Source: Stramenopiles sp. TOSAG23-2
Taxonomy: Eukaryota
Assembly: GCA_900128395.1 (NCBI GenBank)
Contig: LT649235.1
Span: forward strand, 1 to 64,000
Reading direction: 5' to 3'
DNA length: 64,000 nt
A program made the position numbers and the translations under genes. The notes beneath the pieces are model-generated. The model did no database searches. It had not been told where the DNA came from and was given only the letters and a program-made list of their open reading frames with translations. Of the stretch, positions 50,598-62,782 are shown one piece after another. Positions within the stretch are counted from its first letter, which is position 1. Every line of letters starts with the position of its first letter.

Positions 50598-53500
50598 ATG
50601 GAGGAAGATGATTGTATATGCACTCCAAAATGTAAACCTGAAATATCCATGGAATATTGTGGTGACTTAGTTGGATATTGCGATTTATTAGTCGTCACAG
50701 ATGAACATTTAGAACCAGGTTTGTCTAATAATGCATATTTGTCAAAATCTATTGAGTTATTGGAAAGGAAAAGGCTCATTTATACGTACAAAGAACCTTT
50801 ACGCTTGCCGTTGCCAGTAGTAACGACCACAACGACGACGACAACAACAACAACGACAGTCGCTGCAAGTATCTCCAACAATAAGAATAATGAATTTCTT
50901 GAAAACTACAGTATCGTACGAGTTTATGTATATTTAATGTCAAAAAAAATGGGTGGACAAATCCCTACAATAAGTACTTTATCGCATTTCGATAATCGTG
51001 TCACCACCGCTTTAATGGAATTATTGCCACATTTGAAGTATGATTGGGAGAAAGCATGGGCTGGGCTATTCAAACCAAGGAATAGCAATTGCACATTTTG
51101 TTGTGGCAACGGTAATATGGAAAAAACCCATGCAGTATATTCCATCAAGGATATTATAAAGTGTAAAACTACCTCAAAATGCTATGTTCTTGGGTGTGAA
51201 AAACACCAAATATTAAACAATTTTATGACAAAGAAAGAGAAGGCCATATACAGAAGGAACTTTTCTCTTTTGAATCGCTTCAATCGATTAGAACCCCCCC
51301 CTCCTGTTGATTTAATTGGTTTAACAGTTGGGCATGGTATGGTACCTTTATTGAATTTGACAGAAGCTATTTTTGATAACATTGCATCGTTTTGTAATGG
51401 AAAAACATTGGATAACTTTGGACAAACATGCCGTGCCGGTCATGCATATGTTTTCGATGCAGTACCAGGCATGCTATTGACGTTGAAACCACATCAAAGA
51501 GCTGCCCTGCGATGGATGTTATTGCAAGAAAATCGTTTGGCACTTACTGGCCATGATGTACCTATGAATAATGAAAAAAGACCTTTTCATATTGAATTGA
51601 TACCTTTTGATCCAAATGAAAATTATGTAAGAACTATAGCTGTTAATTTAACATCCTTTCATTTTGATTACAAAATTCAGCATCGTGATGATTTCAATGA
51701 AAGTAATGGTGGAAATAACAATAACAACAACAACAACAACAGTGCAGCAACAAGGACGTTAGCAAACACAAACAGTAGTAGTAGTAGTAGTAGAATTAGT
51801 ATTAGTAGCACCAGTGGTATTAGTTTGCCCACGAAAATCCATAAAGGCTCTCCATCAAAATTGAAAGTTCGTTATTCAAATGATACAATGACCTCCACTA
51901 TTAATGCTACCACCACCACTTCCACCAACAATGACATCAGCCAAAATGATAATGTAAAACGAAAATGTATTGGCGGCTTATATTGTGATGATCCTGGTTT
52001 AGGTAAAACAATCACAGCACTTGCATTGATATTAAGGACGAAGTATCAAGAACCTATTTTACTGCCACATATGAAGATTCATACGACAAATCCAGGACCA
52101 TATGCAAATTTGCATGAAAGATACTGTAAAAGAAAATCATATTATGCATTGGAAAATCATGTGGGCCAAGCAGATTTTGAACAAAGCTTCAGCCCTTTAG
52201 CAACTTCACGAAAGTCACGACGGTTACAGAGGTCATCTAGTTTAGGCGAAAAGTTAGAAATTTTGGTAGCATCAACAACTTTGATAGTTGTTCCATTCAC
52301 ATTAGTAAATCATTGGATACATCAAATTCAATTACATGTGAAAGAGGGTTTGTTGAAATACAAATCGATTGCACCGCTTAACAACAACAATAATGATAAC
52401 AATAATAACGCTAATGGAAGTGACTCACACGAAATTCCTATGCCCAGTACTTTACGACAATACGATATAATAATAACTACCTTTCAACAATTGAGTTACG
52501 AGTGGAGAAAACACAAAGGGAAAAGCAATCTTTTGAAAACACATTGGCTGAGGGTCATTTTGGACGAAGGACATGAGCTTGGCAAGAGTGTACAACTGAC
52601 AAATCGTCTACAATTATGTTGCATGTTGAAATGTGACCGGCGTTGGATTATGACCGGAACTCCAACACCAAAAAGCGCAATTAGTTACAGACAAAAAAAT
52701 GATGCAAATAATAACAATACGAAGTATGGAAGTGGTGAAATTAAATATTTACAGCCCTTATTACGGTTTTTGCGCATAGAACCATTTAATTTATCGAGGA
52801 TATCAAATTCAGTATATAAACGTTTGATTTCAGATCCATACGAACATGGCGATATTAACGCAGTTGAGCGTTTAGATTGTCTGTTGCAACAAGTCATGAT
52901 ACGCAGTAACAAAAGAAAGATCCCCAACTTCCCTAAATTGAAAGAACATAACGTGATCTTGGACTTTACAGATGTACATGGAAAAAGTTATTGCCAGTTA
53001 GTGGAGGTCATTCAAAGAAATTTAATGTTGGCTGATTGGTTCGACAAAAATCATAACGAATCATTGTTGAATCCAAAGTCTTCAACATATGCTGCTCAAA
53101 CTGCAGAAAATATACGCTTATCATGCTGTGTAGCTGGTAATATGCATTTACCAATCAGTGAAATTGAACTTATGGAAACGTTAGATGAGATACAATATGG
53201 GTTTTCATTAGATCATCTAATCACACGCCAATGGGGTATAGGAGCAAATAATAGTTTCTGTCGTTTATGCAAAGTGGATCTGCCAAAGCCGAGAATGCGT
53301 AATAAAGATCGATTAAAGGCAATGTGGTATACACATGCAAATGGCCATAGACATAGAGAGTTAACATTTAATGGTGTGGAAAAAAAAATTTCTGATGAGA
53401 GACGCGTTAAAATCGGGGAAGCATTACGTAATGGATGCAAGTGTGAAAAGTGTGATATATTTAGCTTGCAACCACTGATAACTCCGTGTGGTTGTTTATT

Positions 53501-55229
53501 ATGTGCATGGTGTACAAAATCTTCAAAAACGAAATGCAGTTTATGCAATTCAGAATACAAAATGCAAGCGATTGATGATAAGACTAGAAAAGATGTAAAT
53601 CCAAATCCACAATGGTCTGTACCAATTGAATTGATTGAATTGCAGCCTGCATATAGTAGTGTTTATACTGGTGGATTTGGTGCTCAAGGTACTGGTGGGT
53701 GGAGATTAGACTATACCTCTTTAAACCATGAATCTTCTAAAATCAAATATTTATTTAAGAAATTGCGGGAATTTTTTGATCAATTTGAATGGAAAGCTGA
53801 TCCATCAAACTTTAATACTGGTGGAAGTTGGTTGCATATCAATTTAAACAACAAAACAAAACGGAAAGTAATTGTATTTTCACAATTTATGCAGCATTTT
53901 TTAGCAATTGAACAGGCGTTAAATCGTCAGAATGTAAGATTTGCAAGAGTATATTTGAATTCCAATTTGGAAAAAGTACGAGAAATTCAACGTTTTGAGA
54001 GTGATCCGAATATCCCAATACTTTTAATGGATGTATCTGGTGCAGTGGGTTTGGATTTACACTTCGTCTCGCATGTATTTTTAATGGATCCAATTCCAGA
54101 TATTAGTTTAGAGGAGCAAATAATAGCAAGAGCATGGAGGATGGGGGCACAGGAGACGATACATATTTATCGTTTAGCAATGAAAGATTCTGTTGAACAT
54201 ACCCTATTAAAAATGCGGGATGGAGAAATTATTGATGAAACTAATGCAATAGATGAAGATAGAAATAACAGCAATAATATTGATATTGCAGAAGGAGATG
54301 AAAGCTCAAGTATTATATCTAAGAACGATAATGAGCATATATTGTTGAATTTAAAACGTGTAAAATTTTTAAATAGCAGCAATGATATGCCTTCTTTCAT
54401 AAGTAGTGATAAATTTGTGGGAGCAAAGAAACATTATATTTTTAAACATGGAGTGCAAGGTCTTGGATATTATTTGGATGTAGTGAATGAAAAAAATAAT
54501 AAAGGTATACTGAAAAAAGCTGGAGAAACAATCAATTTAATTTCACTGAATACTCAACCTTCGACCATGCAAACACAAAGGAATGAGGGGAGGAGGATGA
54601 TGATGATGCCTGATGAGGATGATGAAAATAGTAACAGTAATAGTAGCAATAGTGGCAATAGCACAACAAGCAGTAATTATCAAATTGGTAATAACAGATT
54701 TCGTCGGACTGTTACATATTCCAATGGTAATAGCATTAGTAGTAACAATAACAGTAACAGTAGTAGCAGTAGCAGGAGCAGCAGTAGTTCTAGTAGCAGT
54801 AGTAGACCTTTACAGAATCAACCATCATCTCAAGAGTCTTTAGTTATTTTAGCAAACCAAAAGATATACAAGAAATTAAATGCAAAACGATTTGTTGGCA
54901 TACGCTATAAATGTGACGATATTCAGAATAGTAACGGGAAATACGCATATGGTAAATTATTACTTAATGGATATATTGATTCAGATACAAGTACATCTGG
55001 TTGGTCGAGAGAAGGTGGCAATTTGACTCCATTCCAATGGGAAAAGACAAGTGTCAAATCTCCTCATCAAAATCAATTTATGAAATGGGTAGTTATTGTA
55101 GATGTAGATGGCGAAATTTTAGAGACGGGGGAGATAGCTATCAAAGATTATATTTTGAGGCATGATTTAATGACAAATCAAAATAGAAAGAAGAAGCCGA
55201 CAAAACGAGTTCAATTTTCTCTTCCATGA
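50598..55229 (+). CDS. F-box / SNF2 (RAD5/16-like) helicase with a RING finger, resembling plant At3g54460-type proteins
   Basis: F-box-like LLNLTEAIFDNIASF...TCR, LKPHQRAALRWM, CDDPGLGKT, LIVVP..LV.HW, RVILDEGH, MTGTP, RING CEKC...TPCGCLLCAWC...CSLC, VIVFSQF, GAVGLDL and EEQIIARAWRMG. Confidence 0.88.
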   Translation: MEEDDCICTPKCKPEISMEYCGDLVGYCDLLVVTDEHLEPGLSNNAYLSKSIELLERKRLIYTYKEPLRLPLPVVTTTTTTTTTTTTVAASISNNKNNEFLENYSIVRVYVYLMSKKMGGQIPTISTLSHFDNRVTTALMELLPHLKYDWEKAWAGLFKPRNSNCTFCCGNGNMEKTHAVYSIKDIIKCKTTSKCYVLGCEKHQILNNFMTKKEKAIYRRNFSLLNRFNRLEPPPPVDLIGLTVGHGMVPLLNLTEAIFDNIASFCNGKTLDNFGQTCRAGHAYVFDAVPGMLLTLKPHQRAALRWMLLQENRLALTGHDVPMNNEKRPFHIELIPFDPNENYVRTIAVNLTSFHFDYKIQHRDDFNESNGGNNNNNNNNNSAATRTLANTNSSSSSSRISISSTSGISLPTKIHKGSPSKLKVRYSNDTMTSTINATTTTSTNNDISQNDNVKRKCIGGLYCDDPGLGKTITALALILRTKYQEPILLPHMKIHTTNPGPYANLHERYCKRKSYYALENHVGQADFEQSFSPLATSRKSRRLQRSSSLGEKLEILVASTTLIVVPFTLVNHWIHQIQLHVKEGLLKYKSIAPLNNNNNDNNNNANGSDSHEIPMPSTLRQYDIIITTFQQLSYEWRKHKGKSNLLKTHWLRVILDEGHELGKSVQLTNRLQLCCMLKCDRRWIMTGTPTPKSAISYRQKNDANNNNTKYGSGEIKYLQPLLRFLRIEPFNLSRISNSVYKRLISDPYEHGDINAVERLDCLLQQVMIRSNKRKIPNFPKLKEHNVILDFTDVHGKSYCQLVEVIQRNLMLADWFDKNHNESLLNPKSSTYAAQTAENIRLSCCVAGNMHLPISEIELMETLDEIQYGFSLDHLITRQWGIGANNSFCRLCKVDLPKPRMRNKDRLKAMWYTHANGHRHRELTFNGVEKKISDERRVKIGEALRNGCKCEKCDIFSLQPLITPCGCLLCAWCTKSSKTKCSLCNSEYKMQAIDDKTRKDVNPNPQWSVPIELIELQPAYSSVYTGGFGAQGTGGWRLDYTSLNHESSKIKYLFKKLREFFDQFEWKADPSNFNTGGSWLHINLNNKTKRKVIVFSQFMQHFLAIEQALNRQNVRFARVYLNSNLEKVREIQRFESDPNIPILLMDVSGAVGLDLHFVSHVFLMDPIPDISLEEQIIARAWRMGAQETIHIYRLAMKDSVEHTLLKMRDGEIIDETNAIDEDRNNSNNIDIAEGDESSSIISKNDNEHILLNLKRVKFLNSSNDMPSFISSDKFVGAKKHYIFKHGVQGLGYYLDVVNEKNNKGILKKAGETINLISLNTQPSTMQTQRNEGRRMMMMPDEDDENSNSNSSNSGNSTTSSNYQIGNNRFRRTVTYSNGNSISSNNNSNSSSSSRSSSSSSSSSRPLQNQPSSQESLVILANQKIYKKLNAKRFVGIRYKCDDIQNSNGKYAYGKLLLNGYIDSDTSTSGWSREGGNLTPFQWEKTSVKSPHQNQFMKWVVIVDVDGEILETGEIAIKDYILRHDLMTNQNRKKKPTKRVQFSLP

Positions 55230-55583
55230 ATTTGTAAAAATGAAAATCCCTTCAAATTTATGTGTGCGAGTGTGTGTGTATTTGAATATGTATACATGTA
55301 CGAGTATAAGATGATGGACAATCTATGATAAAGAAAAGGATTTATCATATGATACTCCTACTATTAATAAAGCTCTCATGCGCCGCCGCAAGCAGCAATT
55401 ATTCTCTAAAAATGTTCTCGTATTTCGTATAATTTATTTAAATTACGGAAGTACGACGCTTTTGTAAAAAAGTACGAGTAAATATTATATTATGCGCGTA
55501 AAATTAAATCTTCTACGCTCGAGTATATGATGCTCTCAATACGCCGTATATTTTTTTACAATTTTTTTACAACACACACTCTT

Positions 55584-56933
55584 TTATTCAAGTTTCTTTT
55601 TTCCTTTACTTTTTAAGTAAGCCATAGTAAATACACCCAAAAACAATGCGGTTGCACTCATTTGCAATCGCTGATAAATTTTTAAATCTGCTTTATACAA
55701 TAACAATAAAATAACAAACAAATTTTGTGGAACACGATAAATGCTCGTGATACTTGCGCGTATTGTATTTGGTATATAGTATGATCTACAAACAGCAATA
55801 CTTGGGAAATATACACCTACTGAAAATTCATACAAAATGAAAAAAAAATATACAAAAAATTGCGTCTTGTTGTTATAAAAATAGGCATTACTATAATTGT
55901 TAATGCCAAAATCATAATTATTTAAAACAATAGTTGATAGATACGATGCTATCGACGCACAAAATAACGAACAAGCGGCTATAGAAAATACAGCAATCAA
56001 GGCTGATTCGGGATTAAAATTTAATTTTCTTGAAAAAATGGAAACGACATGACTACCTATCATCAATGCAAACATGAAAATTGAAAACGTCACACCAGGT
56101 GCTAATAAAGGCGACACAACGTCTAATTTTTCTTGATTTTGTTTTACATTTAAAAAATCATTATTTGCCGCATCTTGCAATGCTGGATTCCATAGCATGA
56201 TAAAGACGTGCATTGGTGCTTCAAATAATATTTGCGACAAGCCAAGTAATAGCAAAGATTGATTATTAAATAATTCAATTATTACTTTGGACAAAGGAAT
56301 TGTCTTTACAGCAACCTCGATATTATTGGAAGATGATTTGTTTTCATTACTATTATTATTATTACCACATGGTCCCCCGCCATAGTTTTCTTTCCAGAAT
56401 AAGCCAATAAATAACGCACCTAATAAACTAAACATTGCAGAGACACGAAAAGAGCCGAATAACCCAAAATATTTGGTCGAATAAAATGAAATACCACCAG
56501 ATAAAATAGCAACAATACCGCCGAGTGATGTTTGTAAATAGAAGAGTTCACCAATAATTTTGGAATCGGTTTTACTATCGTTTAACCAAGATTCAAAAGC
56601 TGTGTGAAACAATGTAGAAGCAAAACCACCAAGTATTCTACCTATAATTAAAGTAGGCATATAGTTACTATGCACGGAAATGCAACTTAAAATGTACAAG
56701 AAACAGCAACACATACTTGCACCTTTTCGCCCTAGACGATCTGTCCAAAAACCAGCAAATATACTTGAAAGTAAGGACATTGTATATCCACAAATATAAA
56801 TGATTTTTAATCCATCCTCAACATTTTCCGGTGCAAATTTTGTTTTATATACCGAATAAAAGTATGGCCCTTGCAACCAATTGCACGCCGACACACAAAA
56901 ATATGGTAGCAGGTATCTTATGCGTACATTCAT
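55584..56933 (-). CDS. MFSD5: MFSD5/MOT2-type molybdate-anion transporter (MFS)
   Basis: Motifs WLQGPY.Y..Y, DRLGRK, GRILGG..STLFHTAFESW, WKENYG, LFEAPM.VF..LW.PAL, E...G.YFPS and RAS..SIYRVP.N. Confidence 0.88.
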   Translation of the reverse strand: MNVRIRYLLPYFCVSACNWLQGPYFYSVYKTKFAPENVEDGLKIIYICGYTMSLLSSIFAGFWTDRLGRKGASMCCCFLYILSCISVHSNYMPTLIIGRILGGFASTLFHTAFESWLNDSKTDSKIIGELFYLQTSLGGIVAILSGGISFYSTKYFGLFGSFRVSAMFSLLGALFIGLFWKENYGGGPCGNNNNSNENKSSSNNIEVAVKTIPLSKVIIELFNNQSLLLLGLSQILFEAPMHVFIMLWNPALQDAANNDFLNVKQNQEKLDVVSPLLAPGVTFSIFMFALMIGSHVVSIFSRKLNFNPESALIAVFSIAACSLFCASIASYLSTIVLNNYDFGINNYSNAYFYNNKTQFFVYFFFILYEFSVGVYFPSIAVCRSYYIPNTIRASITSIYRVPQNLFVILLLLYKADLKIYQRLQMSATALFLGVFTMAYLKSKGKKKLE

Positions 56934-57379
56934 CTTGGATATAATGGTGGTTATGGAATATATTACATGTATATATGTATGTTTGTATGTATATAGAGTA
57001 TAATATTAATTTCTTTCTTCTTCCGGATTAATCTCTTGTTCTCTTTGGTTGTTGTTGTGTGGGCCGCGGCTGATCTGAGATGATGTACTCTGGACACCAG
57101 AGATTTTCCTTGCCAGTACTCGATTCCCTTAACCACGGTAATCCGACTATCATCCCAAATATCCCTTAATCTTGAAATATAAAAACCGCACCCTAATACA
57201 ACAGATACAACAAAATTTCATCACACAACAAATTCAAATATTTTCAGGCCATTTTATTAGATTTATACAGCTACAGTTATTTAAATATTATTATAACAGG
57301 TAAATATCACCATCATATATATATATATTTGTAGTATTATATTATTTTATTAATTTTTTTTATTCAAGCTAAAATATCA

Positions 57380-57446
57380 AATAACAAACAAGTGCAAGAG
57401 TATTCATAATAACAAACAAATAACAAACAAGTGTAATAGTATTCAT
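57380..57446. repeat. Short tandem duplication upstream of the 996-aa ORF
   Basis: AATAACAAACAAGTG(C/T)AA(G/T)AGTATTCAT occurs twice, with a partial copy between. Confidence 0.7.
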
Positions 57447-57579
57447 TCATACAATCAAATAGAATACAAGAAATAAACCAATTAAAAATTCTAAATAAAG
57501 AACCAACTAAAAATCCCTTTTACCCAACGCATATATCCACATAATTATATAATACATATATATATTACATTAAACAAAT

Positions 57580-60570
57580 ATGCTTGGTTCAGAAGATTTG
57601 TTACAAATACCAACACGAACTTTTAATAGTTCACCACAAAGTAATTATCAAAACGAAACGTTTGATTATGATAATATTCGTGCTGAAATTGAAGAGACAC
57701 GAGCTTTAAAAAGTGATGCAGATTCATTAATATCGAAATATATCAAAGCATCTGAACGTGTTAGGAGTGAAATGAACAAAGCGAAAAGAAAGCAGCAAGG
57801 ACAATTTCAATCTGTTTCGCAGGTAAACAATTCAAGGCAACGTCATCAACAAGGGCAAACGAGAAATGCTCATATTAATAGTGGCACTACAGGTGCCCGT
57901 TACTACGACGGTGGTGGTAACACAATAAAAACTAGAAATACTAATAGAGGAAGAGGAGCAGGAGAAAGGAATAAAGACGGAGGACGAAGAAAAAAAGGGG
58001 TTGTCATGGCTAAAACAATTCGTAAAAATACAACACGAAAATCAAGAAAAAAAATAGTTTCATCAACAACAAAATTACGAAAAAAAGCAGCAATAAATAG
58101 TAGTAGGCAGTCCAACAAAAGTCCAAATGCAACATCACCAGGTACAGCGGATCGAATCTTTGTATCGAAACGTAGTTCGATACGCCCATCCGAATTAGAT
58201 GACATACGAACATATCCGAAAAAAGAAGTACAAATTATCCGTCGTAGTCGTAAAACGAAGCCAAAAGTTGGTCCAACAGAAATATATGATCAACGCTCAA
58301 AGGTAAAAGAGGCAAGGTTTGTGAAAGATAATGTGCCACAAAATGATGATGAAAGTCGTGGACTATTACGGGATAGCGAGAAATTATTAGGATTATCAAG
58401 CATCTCACAAAAATTAACGATACTAGCAGATACAAGCAACAATTACGAAGACGGACCTTCACCACGATTTTTACGTCCACAACCTACTGCGCAATCGTTT
58501 TCACCCGATGTGTTACACCAGCAGCAGCAGCAGCAGCAACAATATAATTCACAACTGAATCCATCTGCTACCATTTTACAAGCTCAAAATTCTAGAACAC
58601 AACAACCATCGCCTTCTTCACAGCCACAGATTATATATCAACAGGTACAACAGCAAGCTCATTCTCCTCCTCCTCCACAACAACCATCAATTGATCCAGA
58701 ATTTGTTCGAATAACAAATGAAAAATTAGCACAAGCAGAGGAAATGGTCCGTAAATTAAGTACGCAAACCTCCTTGCTTGAAACTACGAATGCAGCGTTG
58801 AAGTCACAATTGCTTAGCCAAGAATCGCGCGTATTAGAGATAGAACGACGGGAGCGTTACGAATTGGAACGAAAGCAGAAAATTGAGCAAGAAAAGCGAT
58901 TAAAGGAGGAAGAGGCAAAATTTGCAAAGGCACGCCTTGAAGATGCTGAAAAAGCAAAGGACGATGCCATTTCAATCGTTAAAACTTTAGAATCCGCAAA
59001 TAAAAATTTACAAAAAGGCTGCGAAGCTTTGCAAGATCAAGTAATCGAACATCAAAAACGTGCTGATAGAGCTGATATGATATCGGTCAAATTACGTGAA
59101 GCAAGTTATCAACAACAGCAAAAGCTGATAGGGCAACAGGCTAGCGTAGTAGCAACACGCATGGCTCATGATTTAGGCGCAGTAGATAATTTCGATGATT
59201 TATGCGAAGTTTTAGTAACCGAATTGTTAATGGAAGAATTAGGACTGAAAAGTAAGAACAATAGCAATGTTGTAAATAATGATAATAATAATAACAATAA
59301 TGAAGTAAAGCCAAGTGCGAAATTTGTAGCCCCGTCACAGCCACCTTATAAACGCAAAGAACATCCAATTACACAGCCTTTAGAAGAGGTTGAATCAGCT
59401 GATGAAATAGATAGCGATGCGAATACCAATGATGCCGCCGATGATAAAATGGAGGAAGATTATGATGACGATGATTTTGATGATGAGGAGGAAGAAATAA
59501 CTAAATCTGCACCGCCTCCGCGTAATAATGATAATAACAATGCCGCCCCTTTCAGCAATGAAATGTTTACCACTCGTCTACATATGGAAATTAACAAATT
59601 ACGAGATGATTTGGCGAAAGATGTTGAGCTCCGACAAACAATTGCTGAAGAGCGCTATCGCCGCGAAGGAATGGAGAATCGAATGAAAGTGATGGCAGAA
59701 AAAGAAGCTTTGGTAGAACGTGCAGCGAAAGCGGAAGCAGAATTGAAACAGGCAGCAGAGAGGGAGAAATATTTAGAAAAATTGCATTTGAGTATGCAAC
59801 AAGAATTATCATTGCAGCAAAAATTGGAAACAGCAGAAGCAAAAGCTCAATTTATGGAACTTCAAATGAAAAAGAAAGAAGAGGAAGAACGAGCACTGAA
59901 AGAAAGATTAGCATTGGAAGGGGAGAGGGCTGACTCATTTGCATTGGCAGCAACTAGAGTCGTTGCCCAACAACCATTAGTTGATACGTCTGCGATTATA
60001 CCACCACCAACCTCTCCAAATCAGAAACAGACAAACGTTGTGGAAGAAAAGAAAACGGATGCTAATGATAATGATGATGATATCGATTTTATAGACGAAG
60101 AGGAGGAACAACCACGTGCATATACCATCCTATATGCTCGTCCTAACGATGATGTTTTGTATACAAAGTATGGAGAATCTAGCGATTATGATTTAAATGC
60201 TACTGGAAATGATGACGATAGTCATTATAATAGCTTATTATCGGATCATTCCTATGCTAATTTGACAAATGCATCAAATTATACATCCGAGGAAAGTTCC
60301 ATACTTGAAAATACGTATGGTACTGAAATGAGTGATATTTCAGGCGCTGATTCATTATTAGATGAATCAGACACGACAAATAAAATTGATGAATCAAGTG
60401 CTAGTGAAATTGATATAGATGCTCTTGCCAGTAAATTTAATTTAGTAGACCAACAAGACCATCTTAAAGTTCAACCAGTTAGTTCAACGCAAAAGATGGA
60501 AATAAATAATTTATTATCAAGAGCAGTTACAAGAAAAAACGTTGTTACTAATGTTGTCAATGGATTGTAA
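57580..60570 (+). CDS. Hypothetical 996-aa coiled-coil / low-complexity protein
   Basis: Long ORF with basic, Q/P-rich, heptad-rich and acidic segments. No recognised catalytic motif. Confidence 0.75.
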   Translation: MLGSEDLLQIPTRTFNSSPQSNYQNETFDYDNIRAEIEETRALKSDADSLISKYIKASERVRSEMNKAKRKQQGQFQSVSQVNNSRQRHQQGQTRNAHINSGTTGARYYDGGGNTIKTRNTNRGRGAGERNKDGGRRKKGVVMAKTIRKNTTRKSRKKIVSSTTKLRKKAAINSSRQSNKSPNATSPGTADRIFVSKRSSIRPSELDDIRTYPKKEVQIIRRSRKTKPKVGPTEIYDQRSKVKEARFVKDNVPQNDDESRGLLRDSEKLLGLSSISQKLTILADTSNNYEDGPSPRFLRPQPTAQSFSPDVLHQQQQQQQQYNSQLNPSATILQAQNSRTQQPSPSSQPQIIYQQVQQQAHSPPPPQQPSIDPEFVRITNEKLAQAEEMVRKLSTQTSLLETTNAALKSQLLSQESRVLEIERRERYELERKQKIEQEKRLKEEEAKFAKARLEDAEKAKDDAISIVKTLESANKNLQKGCEALQDQVIEHQKRADRADMISVKLREASYQQQQKLIGQQASVVATRMAHDLGAVDNFDDLCEVLVTELLMEELGLKSKNNSNVVNNDNNNNNNEVKPSAKFVAPSQPPYKRKEHPITQPLEEVESADEIDSDANTNDAADDKMEEDYDDDDFDDEEEEITKSAPPPRNNDNNNAAPFSNEMFTTRLHMEINKLRDDLAKDVELRQTIAEERYRREGMENRMKVMAEKEALVERAAKAEAELKQAAEREKYLEKLHLSMQQELSLQQKLETAEAKAQFMELQMKKKEEEERALKERLALEGERADSFALAATRVVAQQPLVDTSAIIPPPTSPNQKQTNVVEEKKTDANDNDDDIDFIDEEEEQPRAYTILYARPNDDVLYTKYGESSDYDLNATGNDDDSHYNSLLSDHSYANLTNASNYTSEESSILENTYGTEMSDISGADSLLDESDTTNKIDESSASEIDIDALASKFNLVDQQDHLKVQPVSSTQKMEINNLLSRAVTRKNVVTNVVNGL

Positions 60571-60989
60571 AAATAGGGGGGGAAACGTATTTGTTCGCAT
60601 ATATAGCACGACGTATATATATATAGATGTAAATCTAATATTATGCGCATATGTTGATTGTATGCTCGCGAGGTGTAATATATATAAAAGTTTTAACATG
60701 TATATTCCGTTTGTAATTTTATATAAATATATATTCATATATATATAAGCATAAAAATGTTTTAATAGTAATACGTACGACTCGTAAGCTACAGTCCTTA
60801 TTACTTGAATGAAAATGAAGTAAAATTAAGGTCTAATTTTAATCTAGATTTAGACTTTGGGTACAGATACAGAGATGGATTAATCTTGCGATATGAGATA
60901 TTTTGTACACACGTGAAACGTCGTACAGTAGTTAAAACGTACATTCATAGATTAGATTTTCTTTTTTCATTTGATTCTTTATAATGTGC

Positions 60990-61005
60990 GGTATTTAATA
61001 ATACC
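60990..61005 (-). terminator. Histone mRNA 3' stem-loop (H4)
   Basis: Minus strand A-run followed by GGTATT-ATTA-AATACC-GCA, about 105 nt after the H4 stop; identical to the H3 copy. Confidence 0.85.
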
Positions 61006-61110
61006 ATTTTTTTTTGTTTGTTTTTTTTAGTTTTAGTTAATAACATAAAGTTTGAAGAAACTTCATGAAATTTGAGTTGTATGTCAATGACATGGTCAAC
61101 ACAAGATAAC

Positions 61111-61491
<381 letters not shown>

Positions 61492-62155
61492 CTATGTTGT
61501 ATGTGTGTTTACATATATATATATATATATATTATTTTATATGTGTGTATTTGTATGTTGTAATAGTGGTATTGTAATAGTGAGTTCCATATTTTGAATT
61601 TAGCATGGAAATACAGTCATAATAGAATGGACTACATGATTCGAGGTCAAATACCATATCAATAACATTAGATTTATACTCGATACATCTAGACGATTAT
61701 ATCAGTCAATTATAGAAGAATAAATCAAAAGATGAGATTAGTTTAATGATATAGTAATGTTAACCAGAGAAATTGATACAACGATACACATTCGGGTTAT
61801 GTATAGGTTTATTATATTTACTATTAATATAATATTAGATATTATTCACTCGATTTACTTTATTTGAATTAATAATGTTACACCATCTAGATCTTGTTTA
61901 CTATGTGAATAGCATTTCAAAGTATTGATATTGAGATCAATTCTAATTGTAAAATACGACTAGATCTCTTCTAATCTATCTCATCGTTTTACAATGCAAT
62001 AGGCTTAATAATTGATTTATGATTTATTATCTTAGGTAATATTAATTGATATTTATACTAATAGTATACGAATACCACCACTTGCCCGCCAATCTAGAAA
62101 TATATTTAAATCAAAACAAAGAAGTAGTATTAGTACATACTATGAACATACATAA

Positions 62156-62671
<516 letters not shown>

Positions 62672-62766
62672 GTGCTTTGCTCTTATTGAATTTTCATTCA
62701 AGAATGCAACGTTAATGGTTTATTAAAATCGTTAACACAAAACAAAAAACAAAAAAAAACCAAAAA

Positions 62767-62782
62767 GGTATTATTAAATACC
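62767..62782 (+). terminator. Histone mRNA 3' stem-loop (H3)
   Basis: AAAAA-GGTATT-ATTA-AATACC-GCA about 95 nt after the stop: 6-bp stem, 4-nt loop, GG...CC base. Confidence 0.85.

Noticed and set aside
62686-62701. TTGAAT-TTTC-ATTCAA hairpin just after the H3 stop as the histone stem-loop
   Set aside because: It has a canonical-looking loop but lacks the GG...CC base and is not shared with H4; the 62767 hairpin is shared exactly.
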